Below the pieces are notes generated by a model. It did no database searches. It had not been told where the DNA came from and saw only the letters and a program-made list of their open reading frames with translations. A stretch of DNA of 60,383 nucleotides, counting the filler, from Collodictyon triciliatum (taxonomy: Eukaryota), in NCBI GenBank assembly GCA_043381765.1. It is 4 parts of 4 records of this genome, joined end to end, with 100 filler letters (N's around TTAATTAATTAA, not from the genome) between each part and the next. Parts side by side here need not be neighbours in the genome. Positions count along the whole stretch, not along the records: positions 1 to 15,024 come from JBHJMP010001739.1; positions 15,125 to 30,132 come from JBHJMP010001740.1; 2 more parts are not named here. One strand, given 5' to 3'. The position numbers and the translations under genes are program-made. Of this stretch, positions 14,103 through 30,232 are shown in pieces. Position 1 is the first letter of the stretch, and every line of letters starts with the position of its first letter.

Positions 14103-14477
14103 GATGCTGTCGATAGTATTTAATATGTTCTGTGTCGTGAATATATGTCTCTTTCTTGTTCTTGAAAAGTTAAACAAGGGTCGCTCTTCACTTTTTTTTT
14201 TTTTTGGTTAAAAACAACAACAAAAACAAAACAAAAACAAACGAAAATCCAATTTACAAATAAAGTAAATCAACACAATCGCAAGTATTCCAATGAATGA
14301 AGGAGCACGAAAATAGCAAAATAGCAAAATAAATAAAAACTCGAAATGAGGAATCGGCCCTTTGCATTTTTTTCTTTTTTCTTCTTTAAAAAAAGAACAG
14401 GATTAAATGCAGAGCAGCAAAGATGAAATATTTTCTTCTAAGAGGATTGTCAAGCGCACTAGACAAAAATTAGACGC

Positions 14478-14620
14478 CAAAACAAAACAAAACAAAACAA
14501 AACAAAACAAAACAAAACAAAACAAAACAAAACAAAACAAAAAGAACAAAAAGAACAAAACAAAACAAAACAAAACAAAAAGAACAAAAAGAACAAAAAG
14601 AACAAAAAGAACAAAAAGAA
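14478..14620. repeat. (AAAAC)n / (AAAAAGAAC)n microsatellite
   Basis: Visible tandem repeat. Confidence 0.9.
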
Positions 14621-14728
14621 CATATGTGTTCATTCTCAAAAATCCCGCTCTATTTTATTTTTCCAGTACACCACGAACTCTGCTTCGCTGTCTTTTCCTC
14701 GGGGTTGTACTTGGCTAAACTTCTTGTA

Positions 14729-14848
14729 TCAGGCAGAATCAGGCTTTCGCTCGTAGCGGGATGCATACGGCTCTATTGTGCGCTTCAGACGGGCGATTTC
14801 GTTGCGAACTCTGTCTGAGAGGGCTGCAACATCGTCGGGCGTCATACC
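14729..14848 (-). CDS. Terminal exon of a probable 1-acyl-sn-glycerol-3-phosphate acyltransferase (AGPAT/PlsC); rest lies beyond the scaffold end
   Basis: A CAG acceptor is followed by GMTPDDVAALSDRVRNEIARLKRTIEPYASRYERKPDSA*, matching the G.TxDDV..L.DRVR C-terminal pattern of AGPAT1/2-type enzymes. Confidence 0.6.
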   Translation of the reverse strand, partial: GMTPDDVAALSDRVRNEIARLKRTIEPYASRYERKPDSA

Positions 14849-15024
14849 CTGGGTGATGAGAGAGGGGAAGAGGTGTTCATGGGTCCAATAGAAACGGAAC
14901 ACTGAGAGGAGCGAAGTGTAAAAAAGAAAAAAGAAAAAAGAAAAAAGAAAAAAGAAAAAAGAAAAAAGAAAAAAGAAAAAAGAAAAAAGAAAAAAGAAAA
15001 AAGAAAAAAAGAAAAAAGAAAAAA

Positions 15025-15124
15025 NNNNNNNNNNNNNNNNNNNNNNNNNNNNNNNNNNNNNNNNNNNNTTAATTAATTAANNNNNNNNNNNNNNNNNNNN
15101 NNNNNNNNNNNNNNNNNNNNNNNN
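15025..15124. other. Artificial scaffold linker N44-TTAATTAATTAA-N44
   Basis: 100-bp spacer with stops in all six frames; identical copies at 30133 and 45284. Confidence 0.95.
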
Positions 15125-15211
<87 letters not shown>

Positions 15212-15395
15212 AAAAAACAAAGACAAAGAATGAAAAGAATAAAGAGCGAATCTTACTGCAAAGTACCTGCACAAGCTTCAGCTCAAATACTCTGCCACCT
15301 ATAAAGCAGTTTTTTCTCTCTCTCTCAAACTTCTGCTCCCAACTGCTTATTGCTTGCACTTGCATATTGTTTGCAGCTCAGAGACTTTGTGGCGG

Positions 15396-17992
15396 ATGAA
15401 TCTCGAAGGGAAGTCGGAAAACAATCTCTTGTACCTCGGTTTCAACCAGGATCAGACGTGCTTTGTTTGCGGCACTCAAAATGGGTTCCAGGTTTTCAAC
15501 GTCGACCCTTTGAAAGAGCGCTTCAAAAGAGGTGGGGAAGTACTACTCGATTCCATGCCTGCATTTCCTTGCCCTCCTTATCTTACTTCGCTCTTGCAAA
15601 TAACTTGAACATAAAGGAGGAAACGCACCCGCATTCACAGCTGAAAATAGAACACCTAGACATATATATATATATATCTCATTATGCTGTCATTTTGAGA
15701 GTCATTAAAGTTGTGAAAAACACTGTGATAAATTCTGTGTATTGTTTTTTATTTTATTATTTTTTTTTGTCTTAGAATTTGAGCAAAAGGGAATCGGCCA
15801 TGTGGAAATGCTGTTCCGCAGCAATCTTCTTGCCTTGGTCGGTGGTGGCCGACATCCTCGGTTTCCGTCAAACAAGGTTTTTTTTTTTGCCTCATTAATA
15901 ATAATATCAAATTTTATTTTATTTTGGCGGCCAAATCACATAACTGCGATAGTGTGATTTAATTTTCAATATGATGAATTGGTTTCGTCCTCTCATCAAA
16001 GTAGTATTCATTTGTCGTGTTTTTTTTTTTAATTAGTTGATGTTGTGGGATGACCAACAAGCAAAATGCATTGTTGAGATAGAGTTCCAGTCTCCAGTGA
16101 GGAACGTGAAAATGCGCCGCGATAAGTATAAGCCAAAATAAATGTAAAATAGAATGAACAAGCCCCTTTCGAAAAAGGACCCCCCCTTTTTTTTTTTTTT
16201 TCTAAGCCGACATCTCACAACGTCAACACTGCCACTATCGACAGAATCATTGTCGCATTAAAAAACAAGGTCTACATCTACAACTTTTCCGATCTGAAGC
16301 CCTTATTTCAATATGACACATTTAATAACCCCGAGGGTGAGTATCTGATACTCGCATGTGTTCTATGTAATTTCATGAGTGATTTGTTTTTTATTTCTCT
16401 TTTATTACCTAGTCCGCTTTCATCGCATATTTTCAAAGCCAAGTATTTCACATGGCATTCCAATGCTCAATAAGAGAATATATCCGAGTAACAGACGCCC
16501 ATATTCGTCAATATCAGGTCTTTGCGCTGTGTGCCCTAGCGATGAAAACGCTGTGATTGCATTCCCTGGTCTGAAGAAAGGATTAGTCCACGTCGAGTTG
16601 ATGAACCAAAAAAAGACAACTATTATTCCGGCACACGACAACCCACTTGCATGCATGGCCATCACCACAGACGGTACAAAACTCGCCACTGCCTCTGAAA
16701 AGGTATCTTTAGTATTGTACTTTTACATACATGTATTATTTTACTTATTTCTGAGCACTTTGAATCTTTGCTGATTGCGAAGCAACAAAAAAAAAAGCCT
16801 TATATTCATAAAATCTCACCTGATTGTGCTTACAAGCAATCCACTTACGCATATCCTAAACATCAATACAGGGAACCCTCATTCGCATCTTTGACACGGC
16901 ATCTGGAAACAACCTACATGAACTCCGCCGCGGATCTGACAGGCAAGAAATCATCAAATCGCGAAAACTCGAACAAAAAAAATTTGCAAAGATTTATTTA
17001 TCGATTTACTCATCGTGCCAGACTCTATTCTAACAGTGGCATTTCTGTTGCTTAGAGCGGAAATCTACGGACTGAGCTTCAGCAATGCTGCTGAATACAT
17101 CGCTGTGACAAGCGACAAGGGGACAATCCACATATTCTCATTAGAGTCTGAAGACAGAGCGAAATCGTAAGAGTATTTTTATTACTCTGATTAGATAATT
17201 GATTAAAAAAAAAAAAGAATCAAACCAGCAGCCTTCGCTAGATGCTAAAAATAGGAAAGTCAACCCAATCACCCATCATGTTTTTTTTTTGTTTTTTGTG
17301 TGTGTAATATGAATTGATAAAAATTTTTTTGGATTACTTGTGAATAAGTATATACTAATCGTTCTGTTGTAAACCCAAACACAATGCCCCAGCGAGGAAG
17401 CAGCACAGTCATCTCCAAAGCTTGGGTAAGAGTAAATCTATTCATCAATTACTTTTATTTGTATTTTACTTCTGATGTTATCTGTTGGGCCCCATGCTCA
17501 CCTCTTCTACGACATCGAACAACTTTACTTACATCTCTTCCATTTACGCCAGAGGTGAGAGCGGTGAGAAAGGAAAGTAAGGCAGTCGTATTGATCTTCG
17601 CATCTTAACGTCGTATATCACACATACCTTGAATGATTCCTTGTTCACTCCCCAATATATATATATATATTTAGTGATTGTATTATTTACGTAATTTCAT
17701 GCAATTCGATCGTAGCCGCTCCTTCCTCAAGGGCATTTTGCCGAAAAACTTCATATCAGAGCGCAGCTTCGCCCAAGTGAGTGATTCCATCCACAGCGCC
17801 CACCAAAGCTTCTTGCTTGCTTTTTTCTTTCTTGAACGTGTCTTCACCTTCGATTGGTTTAATGCCTGGGACTTATCTTGATTTGCTTGCTTGCTTGCTT
17901 TGTAGCTCTCAGTCCCAAATACTCGCTCGCTGTGCGTCTTCGGCCCCGAAAAGAGCACAATCATAGGTTCTGAATCATTTGATGATCAGATA

Positions 17993-18058
<66 letters not shown>

Positions 18059-18293
18059 GAGAATCACAACGACAACAATCATATTAATGTTCCATTCGCT
18101 CCCACCAATCATACTATTGTGGCTTTTACTTGCAAATACAAATACAAGTGCATGTGTGATAATGAAATTCAAGTGTGTTATTCACCCATACGTAGTTGTC
18201 TGTTCGGATGGAACTTACTACAAGTGCACATTCAATCCTGTGAAGGGTGGCGAATGTGTTGTTGAGAAGCACATAAAGTTTATTCCTGAATAG
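15396..18293 (+). CDS. ATG18: PROPPIN WD40 autophagy protein (ATG18/WIPI3-4/Hsv2 type)
   Basis: Exons give [65 protein letters not shown] (L/FRRG phosphoinositide-binding motif), [16 protein letters not shown] and DGTYYKCTF...FIPE*. Confidence 0.93.
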
Positions 18294-19096
18294 AGACTGA
18301 GAAGAAAATCCACAAAGGACCGCGATCGGACAAAGACTTTGCCAAAAAACAACCAGCAAAGAGGAGGGATTTATTATGGCCATAGAAAGAATCTCAATCT
18401 GAATCTGTGTCTTGGAAACGGATGGATTTGTTCAACCCATGACTCAACAAATACATCATATCAACAACAACAAAAAAGAGACACCATTCACGAATTAAAT
18501 AATACCGGCTTAGATAAGCTAATGTTCCAACCGGCGAGATTGGTACTCGCAGCATCCTCTTCTGCGGCAGTGCGTAATCATTGTATGGAACAAATAACGT
18601 CGACAATCTCCCAATCTTTTGTTCTTTCCTCTCTTTTCTTCGAATTGGAAGAAAAAAAAAGAAGAAAGGATTCCATCACCACAGCTCTTTTGCAAAGGCG
18701 AGCGACAGAACGAAGCATTTCACACCTGTCTTCTTTTCTCTTCTCTTCTCTGTTTCTTTTCTTTTCTTTCTTTTTTACTTTTCTGTCTCTTTCTTTTTTA
18801 CTTTTCTGTCTCTTCTCTGTTTCTTTTCTTTTCTTACATTTCTTTTCTTTTTTGTTTCTTTTCTTTTCTTTTTGTCTGCACGCGATCAGTTGAGACGAGC
18901 AGGGTTTGTTGGAAAAGGACTTTCCGGATACACCATTTCGAGTTTTAAGAGGGGAAAAAAAGAGCCGAGTGGAGATGAAGAATCAGATCGATCATTTGGG
19001 ATTCGGCCAAGAAAGTTTGCGCGATTATTGTGACGTGTGTTTAAGAAAGAAAAGGAAAGAAAAGAAAAGAGAAAAGGTTGGCGCGTTGCAGTTCTG

Positions 19097-21621
<2,525 letters not shown>

Positions 21622-21644
21622 ACTATCCTTTTGACACACACTCA

Positions 21645-21713
<69 letters not shown>

Positions 21714-22482
21714 TAAGCGGCACTTGTTGACAGAAATGAAAATGGTATTTTTTTGTTGTTGTTCTGAAGTTGTCGATTGCGATGTAAAAGATTTAATATT
21801 CTCTTTTCGTATGAATTGTTTGGACAAAGTATTTCCTGCAGACGAACAACTCATTGGCGGATTCCCTGTTTTATTTTGTCTCTTCGATAAAGACACTATT
21901 TTAATCACACCAACTTCGATGAGTAGATTTTACGACTTTATTTTTATCCGCATATCATTCTACTTTCTCACTCGCATACTTCAACAAATCATTTGAACTC
22001 AGCCACATGGAGTAACATATATGAAAGGCAATGCCCAGAGAAGACGACTGCCAGAGACGAACAAGCAGTAGAACACGACATTCTTATTATGATTGAATAA
22101 GTCAGTCAAGAATCTGTTCCGCATGATGCAATAAGGATTGTTGGATAAAAGCGCCAGAGGAATCGGTGAGCGTCGGACAGGCCATTCTTCGAATCGAATA
22201 ATGCAGGGGCTCGAACCCTTGCAGAAGGCAAAGCAGGCGGTTTTGACAGAGCGTTTGCAAACGAGTTTGGTTGTTTTCGCCATACCAAATTAGCGAAGAG
22301 GTTCTTTTTTTCAAACTCGAACTTGAAAAACAAAACAGAAAAACGTTGTAGAACGAAGAAAAAACACATGAAAGAAACAGAAAAGACACCTCACTTCTGC
22401 GACCAATCTGACACTTACATAGGTATTGCTGTTCACAAGACGAAGAAGGGAGAGAAGCGAGAGATAGTGAAGCGAGGCAACA

Positions 22483-24288
22483 ATGGACGAACTCAAAGTG
22501 GGAGGCGATATCGAAATTGAAGAGGTAGAATTCCAGACTTTCGGTGCAAAGGAGTCAGACAAGACCAAAGGACAAACGGAAGTGTTGGGTGGCTCAGGTG
22601 CTTCGAAGAGTGCAGCCAGCGTTGAAAAAAATGGTACATCCCTTTCGGATGTTATTGTCAAAGGAGCTGGCAATGAAGAGTCCTTGGATGTCGAGAATTC
22701 AGAATCCAGCCCCGCTCGCGGGATGGTTGCTGCTGAGCAAGAGAACCAAACGGATCCTAAAGGAATGGAAAAACCCGATGAAAAAGATCTCTATGAAAGA
22801 AAAGATGTAAAGGACAAACTGCAAGAATCTAGTCCACACCCTACATCTGAAAATGTGCTGAGTTTGAGAGGGTCGTTTAAATACGCCCTTGAAAGTATTC
22901 TTTGGTTGTTGTATCATATGATAATAATTAACATCATCCCTACCTCAATTATCATTTTAAATTACGGTTCGAGTTGGTTTTTTGAAATCACTCCTGGCAA
23001 TATGATGGTTCTTCATTTGATTACAACAGCGTTTTATTTGTTCAATCTTTACGCGACTATAATTGTACTATTCACATACATATTCGGAAAAGAAAATGTT
23101 GCGAAATCGATTTATAGAATATCAATACCACTATTTGGCCTCAACCTCTCAATCGCCGCAATAAAGTCTATTTATCGTACCTCATGGATAGGAATGTTAA
23201 ACTACATAGTTTTCTTCACCTACATGTTCTTTATGGCAAAAACCGTTCAAAAGAAAAGGCGCACCGCTTCTGCAGAAGAATATAACAAAGAACAAGATCG
23301 ATTCGATATTATCTGCAGTGATGGAACTTCGATGATTATCTTCAGAGGATACATAGCATTTCTGATACCCCTAATTATAAACACGGTTTTTGTCATACCA
23401 TTCTTTATGGGGAAAAACATAGTCTTCAAAACAATTGTCAGAATATTTATTCTGCCATTCCTTTTCAGCCTTTCAGAATCATATTTTACACACTTGATTA
23501 TGCAAAAATCGAAGGAGCATTTAAAACATCGTATGGTTGCGGGAAATATGCTCAGTCTAGTCTCTATTAATATTCTTCGACTCATGATAAGCAACTCTGG
23601 AGGCATGAAGAGCACAGCGTTAATGTCCTTCTCATCAGCTGTTTTTGAGATTATACTTGCTGTAACATTTATCCTGAGGGTAATATATTCAAAGAAACTA
23701 TTAAAAGCCATCAGTGACAAAAGGTTGCAACGTTTTTCCTCCAACAAAAAAGTTCACAATCTGGACAGCATACCGCCTTCTGATGATGCTAAAAATCAAA
23801 TTAGACCATGTACTTCGGTTCAAAACACCAACGCCAACAAAGAACTCAGCTGTAACTTGAAAGGGGTGAGAACGTATTTAAATCATATAAGCCGAGGGCA
23901 TGAGATAACAGATTATATTCACGCATACCGAGCAAATCGCGCTTTATATATTTCAATGATTGAAATACAGTTGACAATTACCTTGCCCCTGGTTTTATTT
24001 CTATGCTACCCCATGCGAGACTACTACAAGTTTCAAACCTTTTCCAGTGCCGGTGAAATGGTATACAGCATGGCCATACAGTTCCCTTTCGAGTTAGCAA
24101 CTCAAATCTTCATACTATTCTTCGAAAACTACCTCTATGGAATTGAGGTACCGATATCTAAATCATGGAAATACAACTTGAAGCCTGTCGTTCTTACCCA
24201 ATACGCTCCATCCATTCTGATGTCTTTTTATCTTGCCGTGTCACCCTATGCATTGAATACTGAGGACTGGCCAGAGGATGAAACATGA
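22483..24288 (+). CDS. Intronless 601-aa multipass membrane protein of unknown function
   Basis: 1.8-kb uninterrupted ORF with an acidic disordered N-terminus (~125 aa) followed by roughly ten hydrophobic segments. No family recognised. Confidence 0.8.
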   Translation: MDELKVGGDIEIEEVEFQTFGAKESDKTKGQTEVLGGSGASKSAASVEKNGTSLSDVIVKGAGNEESLDVENSESSPARGMVAAEQENQTDPKGMEKPDEKDLYERKDVKDKLQESSPHPTSENVLSLRGSFKYALESILWLLYHMIIINIIPTSIIILNYGSSWFFEITPGNMMVLHLITTAFYLFNLYATIIVLFTYIFGKENVAKSIYRISIPLFGLNLSIAAIKSIYRTSWIGMLNYIVFFTYMFFMAKTVQKKRRTASAEEYNKEQDRFDIICSDGTSMIIFRGYIAFLIPLIINTVFVIPFFMGKNIVFKTIVRIFILPFLFSLSESYFTHLIMQKSKEHLKHRMVAGNMLSLVSINILRLMISNSGGMKSTALMSFSSAVFEIILAVTFILRVIYSKKLLKAISDKRLQRFSSNKKVHNLDSIPPSDDAKNQIRPCTSVQNTNANKELSCNLKGVRTYLNHISRGHEITDYIHAYRANRALYISMIEIQLTITLPLVLFLCYPMRDYYKFQTFSSAGEMVYSMAIQFPFELATQIFILFFENYLYGIEVPISKSWKYNLKPVVLTQYAPSILMSFYLAVSPYALNTEDWPEDET

Positions 24289-24949
24289 ATTCCGCTAAAA
24301 ATCCCGAAAAATCCTTCGAGAACTGGTCAAGATAAAAGCTGATTGTTTAACCGTAATTCCATATAAGTTTGTATCCACAGGCTTTTCTTCTGCGAGATAA
24401 ATATCGTGCCTTCTCGTTCCTTATGTGAGAGCGCCAAGTCGTTATGGACTCATACAGCGCTACAAAAAAGTATCAAAAGACATAGTAATGAGGATTTGTG
24501 TTTAGGGAACCTTAAAAAAAAAAAAAAAGGTCTCACTCATCCGGTTTAAAGGCGATATCATCTTTTATTATGTGCCTGTTTTTCATTATAAATCTCGAGA
24601 GGTATAGAGCAGGATTTAAAGGACAGATTTTATGCACTGGCCCATCACTGACCATATAAAATAAAATTGAAGATATAATAACACCATTGAAAGAGATAGC
24701 CAAGCTAAAAAAAAAATGCAGAAAGCTGAAGGAAGAGATGAAAATATAAAATTACTAATCATCCAATCTTCGCTTCATACAATAAATTTCAGAAGTAAAG
24801 CGTAATAGAATTTTAAAAAAACATGGACATAATAGTCGAGTATAAAAATGAGATGTACTAGAGAATTGGAGGTGTGCTGCAAGACAAGATGAGTCGTCAA
24901 AGCTTAAACATGTTTCCACTTTCTGGTAACTCCTACAGACACTCCATCG

Positions 24950-26940
24950 CTAATAGCTCTCGTATCCGTTCGTTCGTTCCAACAAATAGGACTTGAATCT
25001 AGCCGGCGATGAAGTGGAGCGAGCGCGGCTGATGTGAACAGGTGTCTGTGGCTGTGAACGCGAGGCTTTTGTTCGAGTGAATGCGAGAATCTGACACGAG
25101 TTAATTCAGCATGAGGAGTATGCGAACGTGAAAAAGAAAGAATAAAATATCGAATGCATTCTCCTTGTATTAAGTTCGTTTTGTGAAAAGATCAGAAATA
25201 AATATGAAACTAATAGTGAAAGATACGCATATAAGACTCTAAAAATAACCACCTCATTTGGCAGAGGGCCAAGTATCTCGTGGGTCAGGCGCTCAACGTC
25301 ATTATGACATTTTTGCAAGGATGTAAACTGGTGTTGGAGTTAAGAAAGGATGAATTTTGCTATTGTTGTTATTTGGTGTTGTTTCTTCTTAAGAAAAGTA
25401 AGTAGCCGTTTAGTTCCTTTTAAATGCTGTAAAAACCTGCACAGGTCTGCGAGAACCCATCGCCTGAAAAGTTTGGTGGATTTCTGCAGAATTCAACTGT
25501 ACCAAAGAAACAGAAAAAAAATCCTTGAAATGCTGGGGATTGAGAAAGGAAATAAATGAGAAACATATCGCATTACCTCTTCAAGTTTATCAAATTTTGA
25601 GTTTCCAATCCCAACAATTAAAATCGACATCGGATATAAGGACGCCACAGAGAAAGATTCCATGGTTGCATAAAGGTCTGCATTTTGATTTTTATAAACT
25701 TTTCTTAAAAGGACAATCGAAGAAAGACGCAAAAAAGAAACATATCTCAACAAGACATCACACAGTTTCATAAAGAACTGAATATCAAAAGTGAAATTTG
25801 CAAATGAAAATTATGCAAATACAACAGGGATAGGTCAAAAGAGAAACCAGTGTAATCTTTGTCCGATATAATCAAAAGGACATGGTAATCGTTGGAGTGT
25901 TGGTCGATCTGGTCTATCACATGCCGAATAACCTTGGCAGGAAAAAAAAGTATTATTTCACATCAGATTAAAACCTGGGTCTACTATGTGAAAAAAAAAG
26001 GAGCTATTAAACTATCCTAAAACATAGATTACCTGAGCAAATATTGTTGGATTTGAAAGCTTCACTTTTTTCAAAGTATCGTGATATGCTTCGGCAAGTT
26101 TTTCGAAACTTTTGAATGGGGCCTACAATAATTTATTTGCAGTTAATATTTGTAGGTCGGGTGTCATCCACTAGGTATTGCATATTTAATCAAGTATTCA
26201 GAGCTTCTTTTCCATTTTTAAAGCAAATATATCAAAAAATAAGAGAGTAAAAGAAGAACCGTCAACGAATCACCCAGCGGAAAGCAATGCGAGACTGACT
26301 GCTCCATTTGGCATTGCCCTCCAAACCCTACATTTAAAGACATCTCTTATTTTAGGCTGCATAATAAATCAATGCACTTCAAGGAAGTAGAGACAAACCA
26401 TATCCAAATATATGTCCTAATTTATCGTGGTGACTTAGTAACTGTGAAAACTTCTATAAATGAAAATGGTTTCATGGTTGATAAACAGTTCAAATGAAAA
26501 GTAAAGCTGTAAAGATATTGAAAGAGTGCATAAATGTATCATTCAGCGTTCACTTCGACTATCTGAAGGTATATGCTAGGCTGATTTGGGTCACTGGAGT
26601 GGTATGAATTGCAGTTTCCCGTCGAACTTTGTTTGTATGAATCCAAATCATGAATGATCGATTTCACTGGATACCATTGATTTTTTTTTATTATCTTTGT
26701 GGTTCTATATGATTTGGTGCATTTTGTACCGGTTGGGTGCTGTGAAATCGAAGGCAACATGGAACCGAAGCTCCAACCCAGATGTGATTTGATCCAAGAA
26801 ACTAGAGTATTGGTGGTTATCATAATATTATTTAGTTAGTAGTGGATTGTCGTATAATTAAAGCGAACTTTTTGCTCTGTGGGGAGTGGTAAAATGATGG
26901 ATGCGAACTAATGGCTTATTTTGGTTCAAATATTGTTGTC

Positions 26941-27033
<93 letters not shown>

Positions 27034-29941
27034 TAAAAAAAAGGGAAAGAAATACCTTTTTTCGCGAATAATTTCGAATCTACGAACAATTATATGTCCA
27101 GAGCTGAAATTTTAAAGAGCACATGCATTTAATTAATTCACTGCTTCGGCACATTCTAATTTATGAGTTTTTATCTCCAAGATGAAAAAGGAATACCCTC
27201 TATATTTCTCTCCCCTCTTTTGTCTCGAAGTGTCATTCTCTAGCACAAATTGAGAGACACCACTTGCCATATCCCATATAGTTGTCTGGTGATTTTACAG
27301 TTGCGATATTTTTTTAAAACAGAACAGTTTAAATAAGTTAGGAATTTCATATTTTTAAAGACAGAAATTTCATACTCGACTTTTGAGTATCATTTTTTTT
27401 TCAAATTACCTTGAAATACCCTACAAGAATTCTCGTATTTGCATCTCTTTGGTTCCACACTTGAATCATAATCGGTTTATTATAGTCTCCATCACACAAC
27501 ACAAAGACGGACAAACTAGTAAATATTCCAGCATTTTAGAAATTTTCGAATGAAAAAGGAGTACGAGATTGCACATAAAGATTTGAGGCCTCTTAAACCT
27601 GATCGGATTCCAATCAGGATTTTTGGTCTTTGCAATTACCTCCGATGTCCTAATGATATGCAACCTTACTTACTAAATTTTATATGGATACGGGATATTT
27701 AAGAACCATAATATAATACTTCATTAAGCTGTCAATACTTGAGCGAATTTGAGTTTTATCAGATATGTGGAAGATATGAGTTGGGTTTAATAATTTGCTT
27801 TTTCAAGTACCATAATTCTGTTGCTGTGTCATATTGGTCCAGAGACGATACAGTGAATAGCAGATCTGGGAACAGTGCATTAAATATGGCATTCTGAGTG
27901 GAAGTATATGAAAGGCTCCATCACAAAGCTTATTTTCCAAGAATTACCATCAGCAGTAAACCAGTTTGTTTGCTCCAGGTCTCTTCCAGATAGCTGAAGA
28001 CTATTATGATGTGTCGTAAGTAATGCAGATCTCCACATAAATAAATAAATAAATAAATACATAAATAAATAAATAAATAAAAAGTAATAGTTGACGTGCA
28101 AAAGGTGATCAAATTATCATATGGTTCAATTTACAGAATGTGTTGGTGCACTGTTTGTATCTCCTGGGTTTGTACCAGCAATTTACCGCATGGACTACCG
28201 TCACCGGGAGACCTTTTCGATTAATCAAATGCAGTTAAGACATAAGGACTCGAGATTTCAAAGTAGACAGAATAAATTAAATTAGATATTAAGCATGATA
28301 AACATATAATGAGCTGTGAATTATCATGACTGATCGGATTGTCAACCACAAAGATGCAGCCATTGGAATACATTACATGATTCCTAAAGATAAGTCGTCT
28401 TGGTTCCATGGAGTCACGAGGTGGTTGGGATGGATCTGACATGAACCAACCAATAGATGGTCCTCCATTCCGTTTGACTCTTCACTTGCGTCATATACCC
28501 GAAATCTGGTTGTAAATAGAGAATGAAAAGCGGCAGTACAGCAGCCACATAATAGTATGGTGATGGTTATATTTAACTTTTATTTTAACAAACCAAAATT
28601 CATGGAAACAAATGGATGTATGCACCGTCTTACCTAATTACTTTGTTTTTATTGAAGAAATAATCTACCTATGATTGTTTAATTATTTTTTATTAAAAAA
28701 GAAGACGAAGAAGAAATCAGCCCATGTCTCGTGGACTTTCTGTACAATTTCTAATGTCGATATGTTTGAATGACACATATCATGACGGAGACAACAACCT
28801 TGATTTTACGGTAAAATGACGGCTCTACTATATTTCTGAGGTAATAAAGAATCCATTATGAGCATCAAACACAGAGTATTCGTAATATTAAGAAATTTTC
28901 TGTTATATGATGTCTTCATACTATAAAGCAACGGAGAAATAGTGGTTATTTGGCATATTGAAGGAAAATTACGAGATGATTTCGGTGCGACCTGTTTCCT
29001 CCCAGATGCCATCTTCGAGAATATCAGCCAATACAAATGGATTATGCTAAAGGGAGATATATTCGGTGACTGATGATTGTTATTTGAGCATGATGAATGG
29101 ATGAAACCATTTTGAGAAATATGCCAGGAAAATAGGTAAGATAGGACATGAAGTATGGAAGAACAAACCCTTTGCTTGAAAATTCGATAGTTCATCTCGC
29201 TAAAAATAAAATAAAAAAATGGCAATGATAATAATTAATAGTTAAATTTGATCTTCTCAGAGACTCCTAGATGGAATAAGATTGGTATATGATGAGAAAG
29301 AATCAAATGAAATAGAGTTCGTTCGGCACCAAATCATGCTCAAATTGTGGGAACATTTTTTGTATCTTTTTTTTCTCAGAGAAATATGCGATTGATTCAC
29401 ACGATAGAAATTAAATAGTAGTGAAAAAGTGACTGCCTACTATGCTACACGCAATAATGTAGGTGGAAAAATAAAGATAGATTATAATAGATTAGGAACG
29501 AGTTTTTTCATCTTTTCATATAGAAACATTTAGAAAATAGAGGTACATTAAAAATGCGTTGAACAAGAGCAAGAAAAAGAAAAGAAAAAGAAAAGAAAAA
29601 GAAAAACAAAGAGATATAGATAAAGAAAAAGAAAAAAGAAAAAGAAAAAGAAAAAGAAAACAAAGAGATATAGATATTGATAAAGATAAAGATAAAGATA
29701 AAGATAAAGATAAAGATAAAGATAAAGATAATGATAATGATAATGATAATGATAATGATAATGATAATGATAATGATTGAGACAAAGATTGAGACAAAGA
29801 AAAGGATGTGAGGCCAAACCAAAGTGTCAAGTCCAATTCGATTCGACTGAAGCAGAGCCGAACTACGTCCTCTTTATAGTCCCGTACAGACTTGATGCGA
29901 AGGCGGCGGATTTCCTCCAATGACGGGTTAACCAACTGCAT
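24950..29941 (-). CDS. Divergent copine-like protein (C2-C2-vWA), many exons; 5' end tentative
   Basis: Exons encode WEETGRTEIIS|NIVEP, RTSEVIAKTKNPDWNPI, FLDQITSGLELRFHVAFDFTAPN, VKLSNPTIFAQ|VI, YHVLLIISD, ASLYPMSILIVGIGNSKFDKLEE, PVQ|F and EILGPLPNE. Stop at 24950-24952. Confidence 0.75.
29575..29776. repeat. Compound (AAAAAG)/(AAAGAT)/(AATGAT)n microsatellite
   Basis: Visible tandem hexamers. Confidence 0.9.
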
Positions 29942-30132
29942 TTTCTTTCACTGCCGATCTCTGGCTTTTTTTTTTGTTTTGTTTTTTGACCAGTTGTGTT
30001 ACCGAATGATATGATTGCTCACTTTCCCTTCATCAATCTTTTTTCTTTTTTCTTTTTTCTTTTTTCTTTTTTCTTTTTTCTTTTTTCTTTTTTCTTTTTT
30101 CTTTTTTCTTTTTTCTTTTTTCTTTTTTCTTT

Positions 30133-30232
30133 NNNNNNNNNNNNNNNNNNNNNNNNNNNNNNNNNNNNNNNNNNNNTTAATTAATTAANNNNNNNNNNNN
30201 NNNNNNNNNNNNNNNNNNNNNNNNNNNNNNNN
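30133..30232. other. Artificial scaffold linker N44-TTAATTAATTAA-N44
   Basis: Same 100-bp spacer. Confidence 0.95.

Noticed and set aside
15069-15080. Palindromic TTAATTAATTAA repeated three times as a possible biological site
   Set aside because: It always sits centred in a 100-bp N spacer, so it is an assembly linker.
21999-22389. Short minus-strand ORFs between the PPase and the membrane protein
   Set aside because: No recognisable motifs or consistent splice structure.
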